From NCBI RefSeq assembly GCF_902459465.1, contig NC_047079.1, positions 7,192,001 through 7,256,000 of the forward strand: DNA of 64,000 nt. Reading direction: 5' to 3'. The first letter of the stretch is position 1; each line of letters opens with the position of its first letter. Under the pieces are notes generated by a model. The model made no database searches and had not been told where the DNA came from. It saw only the letters and a program-made list of their open reading frames with translations. The stretch comes from Asterias rubens (Eukaryota). A program made the translations under genes and the position numbers. Shown one piece after another: positions 1 to 11,900 of this stretch.

Positions 1-1109
1 TTTCAAATACCAACTCGTCCGATCCAAGGCAACGTGTTCCTTTAAATGCGTCAAGAGAAGTTTGAACTCAAACTCACAATTCCTATACGGTCGAACCCTG
101 GAAGCAGAATTACTCCAGATTGGACCTTGAAACCATATAGATCGCTCCCTGACTGACTGGTCCAGTACAATTTGTACCCCCCCCCCCCCCACCACCTCCA
201 TTTTTTTTGTTATTTGCTCAATTACGTAATAGAATGTTTTGCAAACAGAACATGGTTGGACTGAACAATTAGATTAGATTATATTATAATTCTTTATTGT
301 CCGCATAACATATACAGATAATTGTTTTCCATTGGCAATTGGAGACATTAAAAAATTATTATTATTATTATAATAAACATGTTCATAAAACCGAACAATA
401 ACCGAACAATGTGGAGTCCATACCTTCACAGGCGAGTCAAAAGAAAAACACGGGTTTTCACAATGCGAGAGGATGAAACGCAAGGCAACGTGTTCCTTTA
501 AAAACTTGTTCTGTACTACGGTTGGGTTTTACTCTTTAGCACATTGCTTGTATGGAAAATACAGTCGACAGAGAGGTTGTCGAGAGCTATATAACACAAT
601 CACCAGGAATAGGTGTAAAGCTGTGTATTTTGGCATTATGATGATGTAAATTGCAACATGCTTTTAGAGAATTTGGCCCAAGTACCGACCCCTGAGGTAA
701 GCCAAAATCTACTGTAGGCTGCTGGAGATTCATGAAACAAGGTCAGGAGTCAGCGCTTTACAGGATTTCTGCTCGGTTCATGCACAATTTCTGCGCATAT
801 GAAGTAACTGATCCAGACTAGTGCCACGGATGAGCAATTGTCAAAGCCTTGGGCGATATATATTTTATACAAAGCGTCAAATACAGGGGGTCAACTTTGC
901 CAGCAACGGGGTACCTATAGCTGTCGGTGTCACGGAGAATGACAATATTATTGCACAAAATACGGAGAGTGGATATTTGTTGTGCTGCTGTGATGACATT
1001 GTAGACTGACTGGGGAGACACATCCTAATAAAGAGGTAACGTGGTTTAGTGAGCCTTTTAAATCGTTGTATTACCATGTAGGCTACATGGACCGGCCAGT
1101 ATTAAAGCT

Positions 1110-1181
1110 ATAGGTCCTCTAGTTGTCCAAAATGTTAAAGGATCATAGGTCCTCTAGTTGTCCAAAATGTTAAAGGATCAT
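1110..1181. repeat. 35-bp perfect tandem duplication
   Basis: ATAGGTCCTCTAGTTGTCCAAAATGTTAAAGGATC x2. Confidence 0.9.
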
Positions 1182-1829
1182 GACACTATTGGTAATTACT
1201 CCCAAAAAGAGTTAGCATTAAAACTTGGCAGTGAGCAATGGAGAGCTGTTGATAGCAACAACACAAATCAAGTCCTTGAAGCCCAACACGATTTAACGCG
1301 GAATTAAATACTCCGAGTCCAAAGGCACGGCTACCCCAGTACCACATAATAGGGTTACGCATGATTAATGTTAGGCCATGGTGGGATATCTCTGTTTTGT
1401 TTGCATTATTTTGACATTGCAATACTCCATTGTATTATGTTATCATAATTCGCATGGGGTGGATGACCAGTCTTTGCCGAATATAGGCGCTTTAACCCCA
1501 GGAGTGACGGTGTGCTATAACCAATACACTCGGGTCAAAGTAGCTGTGGGGAGTCCCACACCAATATTCTGGTGCGATTTTTCAGGTAAGGTTGACATTT
1601 TTCTATCTTTGTTGCATGAAGGAGTCCAACCTGGGCTTGGATTTAGTATTCCAATAATTGTTCAAGTGTTAGGCTCACGTGTCATAGATCAGACAGAGCG
1701 ACGAATTGAATAGGCCATAAAATATTATAGCAACTTTGTTGATAAAAATATGGACGCATTTTAATTGAACTACCCCGCAATCACATAATTATACCCTTTT
1801 TTTAACTATAGACTTACTCCGACTTAACA

Positions 1830-4800
1830 ATGGCTACAACAACAGCATACAGCCTTTGGAGGATGTTCATCTTAGTTACATTACTTCTATCGTGTGTACT
1901 GCGGCAATCTCAGGCTAATTTCACATTCTCGTTGAATGGCCAGAATTTGAATGTGCACGTGGACGGAATACAGGTACGCATTGTTTTACTGTTTTGAATA
2001 TTGTACACTTTATTTCTTGAACAAATTACGTTTTCTGTAGTAAAACTGCATGCATGGTGTATGGTTTATTTAAATCAAGTTTATTAAATTAATTTAAACT
2101 CGCACTTTATTTACTTACTTAATGAAAACAGTACATAGCCAAAGCAAAAGTCACAGAGCGCCCCCTTGTGGAATAACCTCAGTCAATAAAAATTACGAGT
2201 TGGCATTTGGTTGCTAATTGTGGGAAAGTTTTGTGTGGCTGATTCTGATAATAATAACCGCGATCTCAGACTTGAAATCAAGTCTAACCATCCTACTGCA
2301 TAATTATTCCCTACAGGTGATCGCCCATTCTCCCGGCACCCCCTTCCTGTTCGTTGGGAGTGGAGTGTCCTCGTTCAAGGGACACCTCGGTAATTTCGTC
2401 ATCAAGGACTACGTGGAGGAACGAATTGCATTGAAAAATGTCACCGTTATCGATGATGCGGAAGGGATGATGCGAGTCCAGTTCCATAGAGACGGAACCA
2501 TGAAGGTATTGTTATGGAACTTTCTTTTTGATGATCTTCCCGCCAAGGTGATACACAGGCCTAAACGCCGAGCTACAGCAACAGCCAACCTCTCTCGTAC
2601 AAAGACCAGTCTTCTCACTCTTGGTGTATCCCAACATAAGCATAAAATAACAAGCCTGTGAAAATTTGAGCTTAATATTGGTCACCGAAGTTGCGAGAAA
2701 ATGATGAGAGAAAAAAACACCCTTGTTGGACGAATTTGGGTGTGCTTTCAGATACGAATAAAAGACTAGAAGTCATTTATTATTCTAGTGAGAAATTACC
2801 CCTTTCTCAAAATCTATGCTACTTCAGAGGGAGCCGTTTCTCACAATGTTTTACACTTTCAACAGCTCTCCAATGCTCGTTACCAAGTCCGTTTTTAAGT
2901 TAATATTTGTTTAGAAATTACCAAACCTGTACCTTCCATTTTTTATTTAACGTATTATGATTTTATGAATAAAAAAATTGGCACAGTGCATCACGAAAAG
3001 AAACCAGACGCCATAAAGTAAGGGGTTAACCCCGGTGTCACTGGTTTACTTGAAGAAACCTTTTTACATCTCCTCGGGCTTTCGAGCTACATGTCACTTT
3101 GTTCCAATACCAGAAATATTATATTTAAAAGCTTTAGGTGATAGTCTGATTATCAGGAATGACCCATCAGAACTACATGCTGTTCATTTTAACGTGTACC
3201 AAGCGAAGTGCAAGGATTTTTCTTATTTTTGTTTTGTTTTTAATCTTATCATGTTACAGACAACGGTTACTTTCACTAAAGAGAACAGCAGTCTCGGTGA
3301 CGTCATAACTTTTGAGGACCTTCCCGGTGACGTCAATCACATCTGGGTACGACTACTTGCTGATGAGAAGGAGCACGTTTACGGCGCCGGGGAGCAGTTT
3401 TCTTACTTTGACCTCAGAGGTCACAACTTCCCGTTGTGGATTCAAGAGCAGGTGTGAACTTCCGGTTTAAATTGCTTTGTGGAATTTCCTAAGTTGCATG
3501 CAAGAAAGTATTTTATTAATAACTTCTTTAAAAACCCTTTTTCACAAAACTAACTAGCCTGTTGGGCGCTACTCATGCATGAATCAATAACTTCTCCAAA
3601 ACTTGTTTTCCAAAACTCATTAGGGCGTTGGGCGTAACAAGTCAACTGAAGTAACATTCGAGGCGGATCGACGTGACGGTGGGGGCGGGGACTACCACAC
3701 CACCTATTGGGCCGAACCAACTTTCACCTCCTCTAGGAAATACTGCTGCCATTTCGACACCACGAGTTATTCCGAGTTGGATTTCCGTTACCCGGAGTTT
3801 CACGAGGTCCAGATCTGGAGCAATAAGCCTGGCAAGATCTTCTTCGGGGCGAGCGAGACGTTCACCGGCCTCGTCGGGAAACTGACGGCGTTCCTTGGTC
3901 GGCAGCCTGCCCTACCGGAGTGGACTTATGATGGCGCCATTTTGGGTGTTCAAGGAGGCACGGCGGCCATGTTGGATTACCTTAAATATGCACAGGTATA
4001 AGGCTATGTCCGAAATGGCGGCTACGGTTACAGCTACGGCTTGATCGCCGCTTCATCGTGCGTTGAAGTAGACTTCTTAAGCCCTTAGCAACAGTCGTAG
4101 CCGTAGCTGTAGCAATCACTTCGGATATACAGCCTATGAGAGCGTTGATTTTGACCTCAAATCACATTTTAAAAAAATAAAAAAAATTAAAAAATCTGCC
4201 GTTTTGGTCAGTAAGAACACAGTGTCAGTATTTTTTAATCGTAACTACTGTTTAGAATTAAAAGTATTTTGTATGTTTATTCCAGGGAAATTCAACTTAT
4301 GTGACTGGTTTGTGGATTCAAGATTGGGTCGGTCGAATCAAAACTTCGTTCGGATCAAGATTATTCTGGAACTGGGAATGGGACAAGAAACAATACCCTG
4401 ACTTGGACATTGAGATTGTGAGATTGAAGAAGGAAGGGGTGAGAGTCTTCGCCTATATCAACCCGAACCTGAACCGCGAGGGGGGTCTGTTCAAGGAGGC
4501 AGATGAAAAGGATCTTTTGGTCAAGAATTCTACGGGAGATACTTACGTTGTAGATTTCGGGGAATTCTTTTGTGGAATTGTTGATTTGACCAACCCGACA
4601 GCTGTAGAGTGGTATAAGGGCGTTATCACACGAAACATGATTGATTTGGGGTTCGGTGGATGGATGGCGGACGTTGGGGAGTACCTCCCAACAGATGCCG
4701 TGTTTTACGGCGGGCAGGCCGGGGAGGCACTCCACAACGAGTGGCCCGTTCTGTGGGCTAAACTCAATCGTGAGGTGGTGGAGGAGGCGGGTATGGTGGG

Positions 4801-5500
4801 CGATATCCTGATCTGGATGAGGGCAGGTTTCAGCGGTTCTCAGGAACACACCATCGTCACTTGGGCGGGAGATCAGTTCGTAGATTTCAGTCTTGCAGAC
4901 GGGTTGGCATCGGTCATACCGGCGGCTCTCTCGCTCGGTATGACCGGGTTTGGGCTGACGCATTTTGACGTGGGAGGTTTCACGTCGCTGTTCGGCATCG
5001 GTCGGACAGAAGAGCTCCTGCTACGCTACGCCGAATGTGCGGCCTTCACTCCCGTCATGAGGACGCACGAAGGAAATAGACCCGCGGAAAACTGGCAGTT
5101 TTATTCCAGCTCGGAGACAAGCGTTAAGTTTGCCCGTCAGAGCAAAATATTCAACATGCTGAAGGACTACACAATTTCTGTAGTCCAAGAAAACACCGAC
5201 TACGGTATTCCTGCTCAACGCCCTCTATTTATGCATTATGCAAATGATGAGCGGTCTTTCTCAATTAAATATGAATATTTATACGGCCGTGACCTTCTGG
5301 TTGCCCCTGTTTATGACGAAGGGGTGGAATCGTGGTGGGTGTACCTCCCTCCTGACAACTGGGTGTTTCTCTGGGACGGCAATGAGTACAGCGGTGGTGA
5401 CGTCCAAGTATCAGCTCCAGTCGGACAGATTCCCGTTTTTTATAGGAAGGGTTCCCCCTGGACTCAAGTCTTCAAAGAAATTGCAAAAAGTAAGGGGTAG
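1830..5500 (+). CDS. GH31 alpha-glycosidase, sulfoquinovosidase (YihQ)-like, with N-terminal signal peptide; 5 exons, ~703 aa
   Basis: Exons 1830-1973, 2317-2505, 3260-3451, 3624-3995, 4286-5500; all GT-AG, phase 0, total 2112 nt. Motifs match E. coli YihQ as recalled: EQGVGRNK, GGDY, LGVQGG, WIQDW, GSRLFWNW, nucleophile WMADVGEY (4661-4684), acid/base WAGDQ (4862-4876), DVGGF, RTHEGNRP. N-terminus MATTTAYSLWRMFILVTLLLSCVLRQSQA looks like a signal peptide. Confidence 0.88.
2600..2935. mobile_element. Degenerate family A-like MITE in glycosidase intron 2
   Basis: Contains GGTGTATCCCAAC, CCTGTGAAAATTTGAGCT, GTTGCGAGAAAATGATG and GAGGGAGCCGTTTCTCACAATG segments. Further partial copies at ~12000-12170 and ~48510-48680. 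Confidence 0.65.
4002..4134. mobile_element. Short palindromic MITE just after the donor of glycosidase intron 4
   Basis: GGCTATGTCCGAA...TTCGGATATACAGCC ends with internal GCTACGG/CCGTAGC inverted units. Confidence 0.6.
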
Positions 5501-6717
5501 TAAATGGATTTATCTTCATTTCATGTTCTAGTTCTTTCCATCCATACACTACTGCCCAACAGCTTTATTTTGAACCTGCATCTCTTTGCCCTCTACATTT
5601 TCACCTCCATCTTACAATCTAGACTGCTTTTATAAGAGTTATCAATTCCTACCTCGGCTCTGGATGAGTATTTGCCATCTTTATTTATCTTCTTGTAGCC
5701 CCTTGTCAAGTGACCTCACAGGGCGTGGCCCTCAAACAGGCGTGGCCATATAAAAAGGCGTGACACTTGAAAGAGCTTGGCTCCTTAATACCCCACAAGA
5801 TTCACTCTGATTGCATTTTGACATCATAATTGCAATCATTGCTCCCAAGTTATAATAATTTCGTCACCTTCCATAACTTTTGTCTGCAGCCAAAGACTTT
5901 GCATCGAGCAGTAGCAGGGCGCTCAGTTTTAAAGTTGTTGCATTGATGTCAGTCGTCTTCGTGGGAGGATGGGTTACCTTCAGACGGCTATGATCAACCT
6001 TCTGTACCAGAGAGCACTTTGCCTTTTTTTATTCACGCTATACCTCCTTGGTGTAGACCAAAGACGAGCTCCTAACTCTTGTTTTTGAGATATATAATAC
6101 ATTTTTTAACAATGAAGTGTTAACGTTTAATGAGCCTTCGATATGACAAATCTCATCCGGAAGTCGCATCCAGAATGTTTCTTGAATGGCGGGAATTCTG
6201 GAAGTTTAAAAGAATACAGACCTGAATGGATCTCATTTTTATGTTAAAGATTTTATAATAATTTTTTTTTTAAATATTTTTAAGAATTTGAATCCTTTAA
6301 TAATGAATAAATAATGGTATTATTCATTACTATGTCGACTTGGCTGCTTTTGTTGCACAATGTTTACCTGTTTTTGTTTGTTGTGCTGTTAGCCTTCTTT
6401 CGATAAAGACTGCTAGAGTAGAAAGGTCATTTGTTTTGGATAATAAAGTCTTATTTCACAACGCACTGGAATGCATAACAAAAAACGAAGAGTCTGTACG
6501 TATAGGATTTATGGTACAGTTCTCCCTAAATTGATTTTATGTTATTGTAACTTCTATATACATTTTTTTAACTATCCTGAACAAGTTCAAGTTTTATGGC
6601 AGAATTTTGTTAAATTATTGAATGGTATTGATTACAACCCAAAACGGCATTACAATTTTGCTAAAACTTTCTGCAAAGATGGATTTTATCGACATGAGTA
6701 ATTTTTTCGAAAATTAA

Positions 6718-7096
6718 AGGGATGGATCGGTCGAGTTGGTCTTTGAAAAGCGTTTGTAACCGTTTGTTATAAAATGCATATGATTAGAAAGATATTTTAA
6801 AAGTAGAATATATTGATCCACACAAACATGCCTCGAAATTGCACGGTTTTCCTTTTACTGTGCGAACTAACACGGTCGGCCATTATGGGAGTCAACAGAC
6901 TCCCATATTATTAATGTCTGACCGTGTTTGTCGACGAGGTAAAAGGAAAACCACGCAATTTCGAGTGATACTTGTGTGGATCAATATATTCTACTTTTAA
7001 AATATCTTTCTAATCATATGCATTTTATAACAAACAGTAACAAACGCTTTTCAAAGACCAAAAGTCGACCGATCCAAGGCATGACAACGTGTTCCT
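6718..7096. mobile_element. Kolobok-type MITE, family C
   Basis: TTAA-flanked with AGG...CCT ends and a palindromic body (GGATCGGTCGA...GTCGACCGATCC). The same right end (CCGATCCAAGGCAACGTGTTCCTTTAA) occurs at 20-45 and in part at 481-501. Confidence 0.75.
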
Positions 7097-7339
7097 TTAA
7101 ATGGTTTGTCCAAAAGACGTTATAATCTCCACATTTAGGGCGCCACAATATATATAGAGGGCGCCGTAACGGCGGACATTTTCAGCGTGCTTGTTCGATA
7201 AAACTGTGTACATTTTGTTGTTGTTTTGTACAGGTCAGTCACACGTTCATCGTTGTGGTACGCATTGACCTTTTTTGTGTAAAATTTGTTTACAAACTAA
7301 TTCATCGATCCGTGAACCCAAACCAACAAATCCCACCCA

Positions 7340-7490
7340 CTCACCAAGCCCACTCATTGATTGGCCCCCATAAATGATTCAACATGCCCAGTCAACCACT
7401 ACGCACACAAACTACTGAATTATTCATGATTTAAAAGGCCTCAAAATATTGGTGCAATTCCATTTCGTTCTCTTTCGTGGTTAGACGGCC
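7340..7490 (+). promoter_or_regulatory. Putative MTHFR promoter (reverse CCAAT box, pyrimidine-rich initiator-like tract) ahead of a non-coding first exon ending at 7600
   Basis: ATTGG at 7360-7364, CCCACCC boxes, pyrimidine tract ~7460-7478 and a strong donor at 7601. Confidence 0.4.
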
Positions 7491-8926
7491 ATGCCGTGCG
7501 GACAACGACGACAGAACATCGCAAACAGCTATCGTTGCAGACGACACAGTGCATTGACGTGTGTACATTGTGACTTTGTTGTGACATCTTTCCTAAAAAG
7601 GTGAGCTCTGTTTGTTCACGAATTCTTGTTTATTTTGGCCACCCGGCTTCGGTGTGCATAGGGGCCTTGTTGACCTTGTTTTGTAGTGAGGAAAACAATT
7701 AAGTTCACAGTTTTATTTCGTTGTTATTTCTTTGTTCAATTTTTTTTTTTTACGACTTTTGTTTTGAACAATTTGTGACTGGAATTTTCTGATACAGGCA
7801 GAGGGTTTTGCTGCTAAAAATAAGAGTTCAGTTGTGAAACATGAATTAATTTCAAGAAACTCTGTAGAATAGAAAGAGGTTCAAACTGTCACAATTTAAT
7901 TTTTTTTTTTTTTGTTATTTTTTTATATAATTATTTGACTGGGTAGAGCTAGAGTTAGACCACATGCAAAATTTGACTTTTGTTTAGTGAACAATTTGTG
8001 ACTTGCCTTTATTTTATTACTAATTAAATAGTGTAGACACTGACAGTGTAGACAGAGGGTTTTGTTGCTGCTGAAATTAAAACTATCAAAAATCATTTGT
8101 AACCCATTTTTTAATTTGTAAAAAAACCTGTAGAAAGAGGTTAAAACTGTCAACTCAAAAACGCATTTTTACAACCTAGTACTTATTAAATAATAGGGCC
8201 TACATGTACGTAGTATAAATACATTTTAAAAATCAATTTTAATACAAATAATTTTAACAGAATGCTGTTGTGTGTAAGACTAAGAGCATACATGGAGCTA
8301 TAAAAAGTAATTTTTGTTTTGTGCCAAGCACAAGATGATGGCCTCACTTGGCCCTATGCCTACAGTCCTACACATTCATAGCATGAGGATCTGAGTTGAG
8401 ATGAATTTTGAGTAGAAACTCCAGTTGTTTTGACTGAGTTGCCCCCAGTTTGTCACTTACCATTGCCTTAAAGCCATTGGACCCTTTCGGTAAACAGTGT
8501 TGTCCAAGGCCCACACTTTGTGTACCACAACTTCTATATCAAATAACAAGCCTGTGAAAATTTAGGCTCAATCGGTCATCGGAGTCGGGAGAAAACAACG
8601 GAAAAACCCACCCTTGTTTCGCCGTGTCATGACATGTGTTTAAAATAAATCTGTAATTCTCGTTAACGAGAATTTATATTGTTTTACTGTTTTCTCAAAA
8701 AGTAAAGCATTTCATGGAATAATATTTCAAGAGAAGTCTTTCACCATTGCCTTCTGTAAACCCTGTAAGTTATTTGTAAATCGGTGAACTTTAATTTTTT
8801 TTTTCTGAACCGAAAGGGTCCAATGGCTTTAAAATGAAGTATAGGCTGCTGTATTTCATTAAAGCGCCCCAAATCCCTGTAATAATTATAAAATATCAAC
8901 ATCATCTTTTTATTTTCAGATATTAA
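7491..8926 (+). other. Candidate intron-spanning upstream ORF (38 aa) in the MTHFR 5' leader
   Basis: GCCATG at 7491, open to donor AAAAG|GTGAG at 7600/7601. Joined to the acceptor at 8919/8920 it reads AG|A TAT TAA (stop 8924-8926), 45 nt before the MTHFR ATG. Depends on the TSS lying upstream of 7491 and on direct splicing. Confidence 0.45.
8472..8828. mobile_element. Kolobok-type MITE, family B, MTHFR 5' intron
   Basis: TTAA|AGCCATTGGACCCTTTCGG...CCGAAAGGGTCCAATGGCT|TTAA; shares the internal CCTGTGAAAATTT..GCTCAATCGGTCATCG segment with family A. Confidence 0.8.
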
Positions 8927-8971
8927 TCTCAACATTCATCCTGAGTCAAGCTCCTTCTGTATTCTACCATC

Positions 8972-11900
8972 ATGAGTCTCGTAACGAATGGAACGAATGG
9001 ATCCAATGGAACCAGGAAACGTAACTCGACTAGCAGCAGTAGTGAGGGGTCCTCCGTGACTCCCTTATCAGTATCACGAAGCCCCTCCCCTTGCAATACC
9101 CCCCTCATTGATCGAATCCTGCAGAGAATTGCGTGCAAGGAGAAGTGGTTTTCATTGGAGTTTTTCCCTCCAAGAACAGCGAATGGAGCTGTCAACTTGC
9201 TTGCAAGGTATGAACAATTTTTCCAGATAATCAATCCATATTTTCCCAAAAAAGTATAAAAAACGTTTCATAGAGCCACACATTAGGGCTAGCAGAAATG
9301 AGCAGGCTACCAGTCACAAATTGTACATGTGACATGGTGTTTTGACGGGTAACACTGTTCTGGTAAGCATACTTATGATGTGCTTAGCAGCATTTTGTGT
9401 TTTTTTAAGCAGCTCTATGAAGAGCCTCCACTGGCTTATAAATGCAGGGGTTGCAGGATCAGACTCGGTTTCATGTCAATTTTTCTTGTTCATCCCTTTT
9501 GCATTTAAATTGTGTTTTCTTCAGATTGGAGCGTATGTTCCAAGGCGGTCCTCTATTCTGTGACATCACATGGCACCCTGCTGGAAACCCAGGCGCAGAC
9601 ACAGAAACAAGCTCCATCACCATAGCACACAGCTCAGTCAACTACTGCGGTATAGAAACCATGCTACATATGACATGTGTCAAGCAGACAAAGGCCGATA
9701 TCACCAAATATCTGAACCGTGCCAAAGACTGCGGAATACGCAACATATTGGCACTTAGAGGAGGTAAAGTATTTTGTCGTTTGTTGTCCTCCACTTTCCC
9801 TGCCAAGCCTTGCTCAAGCCCACTCTAATAGTTTCAGGGACACTCAACATTTTACATGCATGTACCGGGTACCTCAATTCCCTCCCTGAAAACACAGAAT
9901 GTTAAAGACTGTTGTTTTAAATCATTTGCATTGGTGCTTAAACCTTTTTACACAACAGATGTTTCTTTGGTTAAAAAAAATTTTTACATTTTTCAATCCA
10001 TAACGCAGAATAAATATTTCGTTTTTGACATTAACATTTTGTAATTGATAACAAAGAATAATGTTATGTTTTTAACACCTGTTGCCAAATTGGCAAGATT
10101 GTTGGTTTGAGGTTCAACATCAGGCAAACGCTTAGGATAAACAAAAAACATGCAAGCCATTAGAATGGCGATGATATTTTCAGTTTTAGATTAAACATTT
10201 ATACAAACCTGCATGAGTAACTGTAAACAATGATGATGAAACCTTCTGTTTACGATATAAACAACATCCTCTTGTTGACAGTTTTTGATAATAATAAAGA
10301 CTGGTTAGAAGAAAACAAATAATACAAGAAATGACAATGATTGATAGATAAGATAATTGTTTTAGAAACAATTGATCTTTACAAGCTATTATCAGCGAAA
10401 TCTAAACTATCAGTCATTTATTGACAATCCATTGTTCAGCAGTGTTTCAAAAACAAAGATAAAATTCAAACAAGCATTTCTTATACTTTGCACCTGCCCT
10501 CCCCTTGTCTCTTAGATTTTGACCAGCATGAAGCTAGCGAGTGTTCTTTGTTTAAACAATTGGGTTCAATCATTGGACCTAGATTCACACATTTTTTATA
10601 TCTTAGTCAGGGCTGAAAATTAATACTAATCTGAGTCCAGTGATTTTAGCATTGGGACACTGAAGGCATGACTGGAAAAATCTGGCAGTCTTGTGTTTTT
10701 GAAGTTTAATACAATACACTACCTCATTGCTAAGATCTTCAAATGCTGACCTTGATTTTTATGATTTCTTTAAGTATAACTATAAGTAGCTAAAGTGGTA
10801 CAGTGTCAGCATGTTAATTCGGAGGTCGTTAGTTCAAATCATGTTCATGCACTTGTCAGTTTTCTTTGTACAACCACAAAATATTAGGTTTTTTTTCCTC
10901 TAGATGTTCCTGGAGACTTGGAGTGGGAGAAGACGGACTCTGAGGATAGTTTTAATTATGCTGTTGACCTTGTGAGGCACATCAAGAAGACCTTCGGTGA
11001 TCAGTTCACAGTCTGTGTCGCAGGTATGTTTTCGTAGAACTTGTGTTTTTATTTGATGGTTCGACACAAATAAGTTCAACACATGTCATAAATGTCAGTT
11101 GCAAAAGCCACAATCATAGGTACACTTTTTGATACAAAGACATCAAAATTAAAAATCTGTTAATGCTGAGTAACTCTTTGCATATCTAGCACATTAAATC
11201 TATTAATTTAAGTGTACAGGATATGTGTATAATATAGGTCAGCCCTTTATCAACAAAATTGTTCTATTTTATTCCACGGAAAAAGATGGTTCTTGTGATT
11301 GATTTAGCCGATTAGCGCATTTGTTGCACGAGGCTGTATACTCCCCAGGGAGCTGAGATGGTTTAAGGCCCAGTGACCAGGGGTAATAATTTGAAGCGCT
11401 TTGAGACACCCATTCGGGAGTGAAAAAGTGCTATATAAACTCAAATATTAAATTAATTAAATTTAAAAAAATCATGCCTGATATAAGTAACATTGGATAC
11501 AACTGCTTCATCAGTTGTTTTCAATGAACCCCAAAAATATGTACCCATGATTGTCGCTGAGCACACTTTTTTCACAAATTTCATTGTTTATGCCTGCAAA
11601 TAAAACTTTGTCATCGAGTTAGTCTTGATTTTGTTTTGTCCTCTTTCCTCCTAAGGGTACCCTGGTGGCCATCCCGAGGCTGAAAGTTATGAAGAAGATC
11701 TGCGCCATCTTAAGTTGAAGGTGGATGCAGGAGCTGAGTTCATCATTACTCAACTTTTCTTCAAAGCCAGTGAGTTCATGAAGTTCTACAAAGATTGTCG
11801 CGCTATCGGGATCAAGGTGCCGATCATTCCTGGAGTCATGCCAATTCAGGTAAGTAGCGCAGCTGAGTTTGTGTTGGTTTTGTATTTAAACATAAAATAT

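Noticed and set aside
668-696. 29-nt segment with good acceptor and donor sites
   Set aside because: Cannot be linked to any gene within the window; may be a UTR exon or chance.
1186-1713. ORFs upstream of the glycosidase as a gene or retroelement remnant
   Set aside because: No recognisable domain in the frames I read and frequent stops; a tblastn/RepeatMasker search would be needed.
4361-4963. 200-aa antisense ORF
   Set aside because: Shadow of the GC-richer coding exon on the opposite strand, with no recognisable motifs.
1830-5500. Bacterial contamination or an operon as the source of the YihQ-like gene
   Set aside because: The CDS is split by four canonical GT-AG introns containing the same MITE families as the rest of the window.
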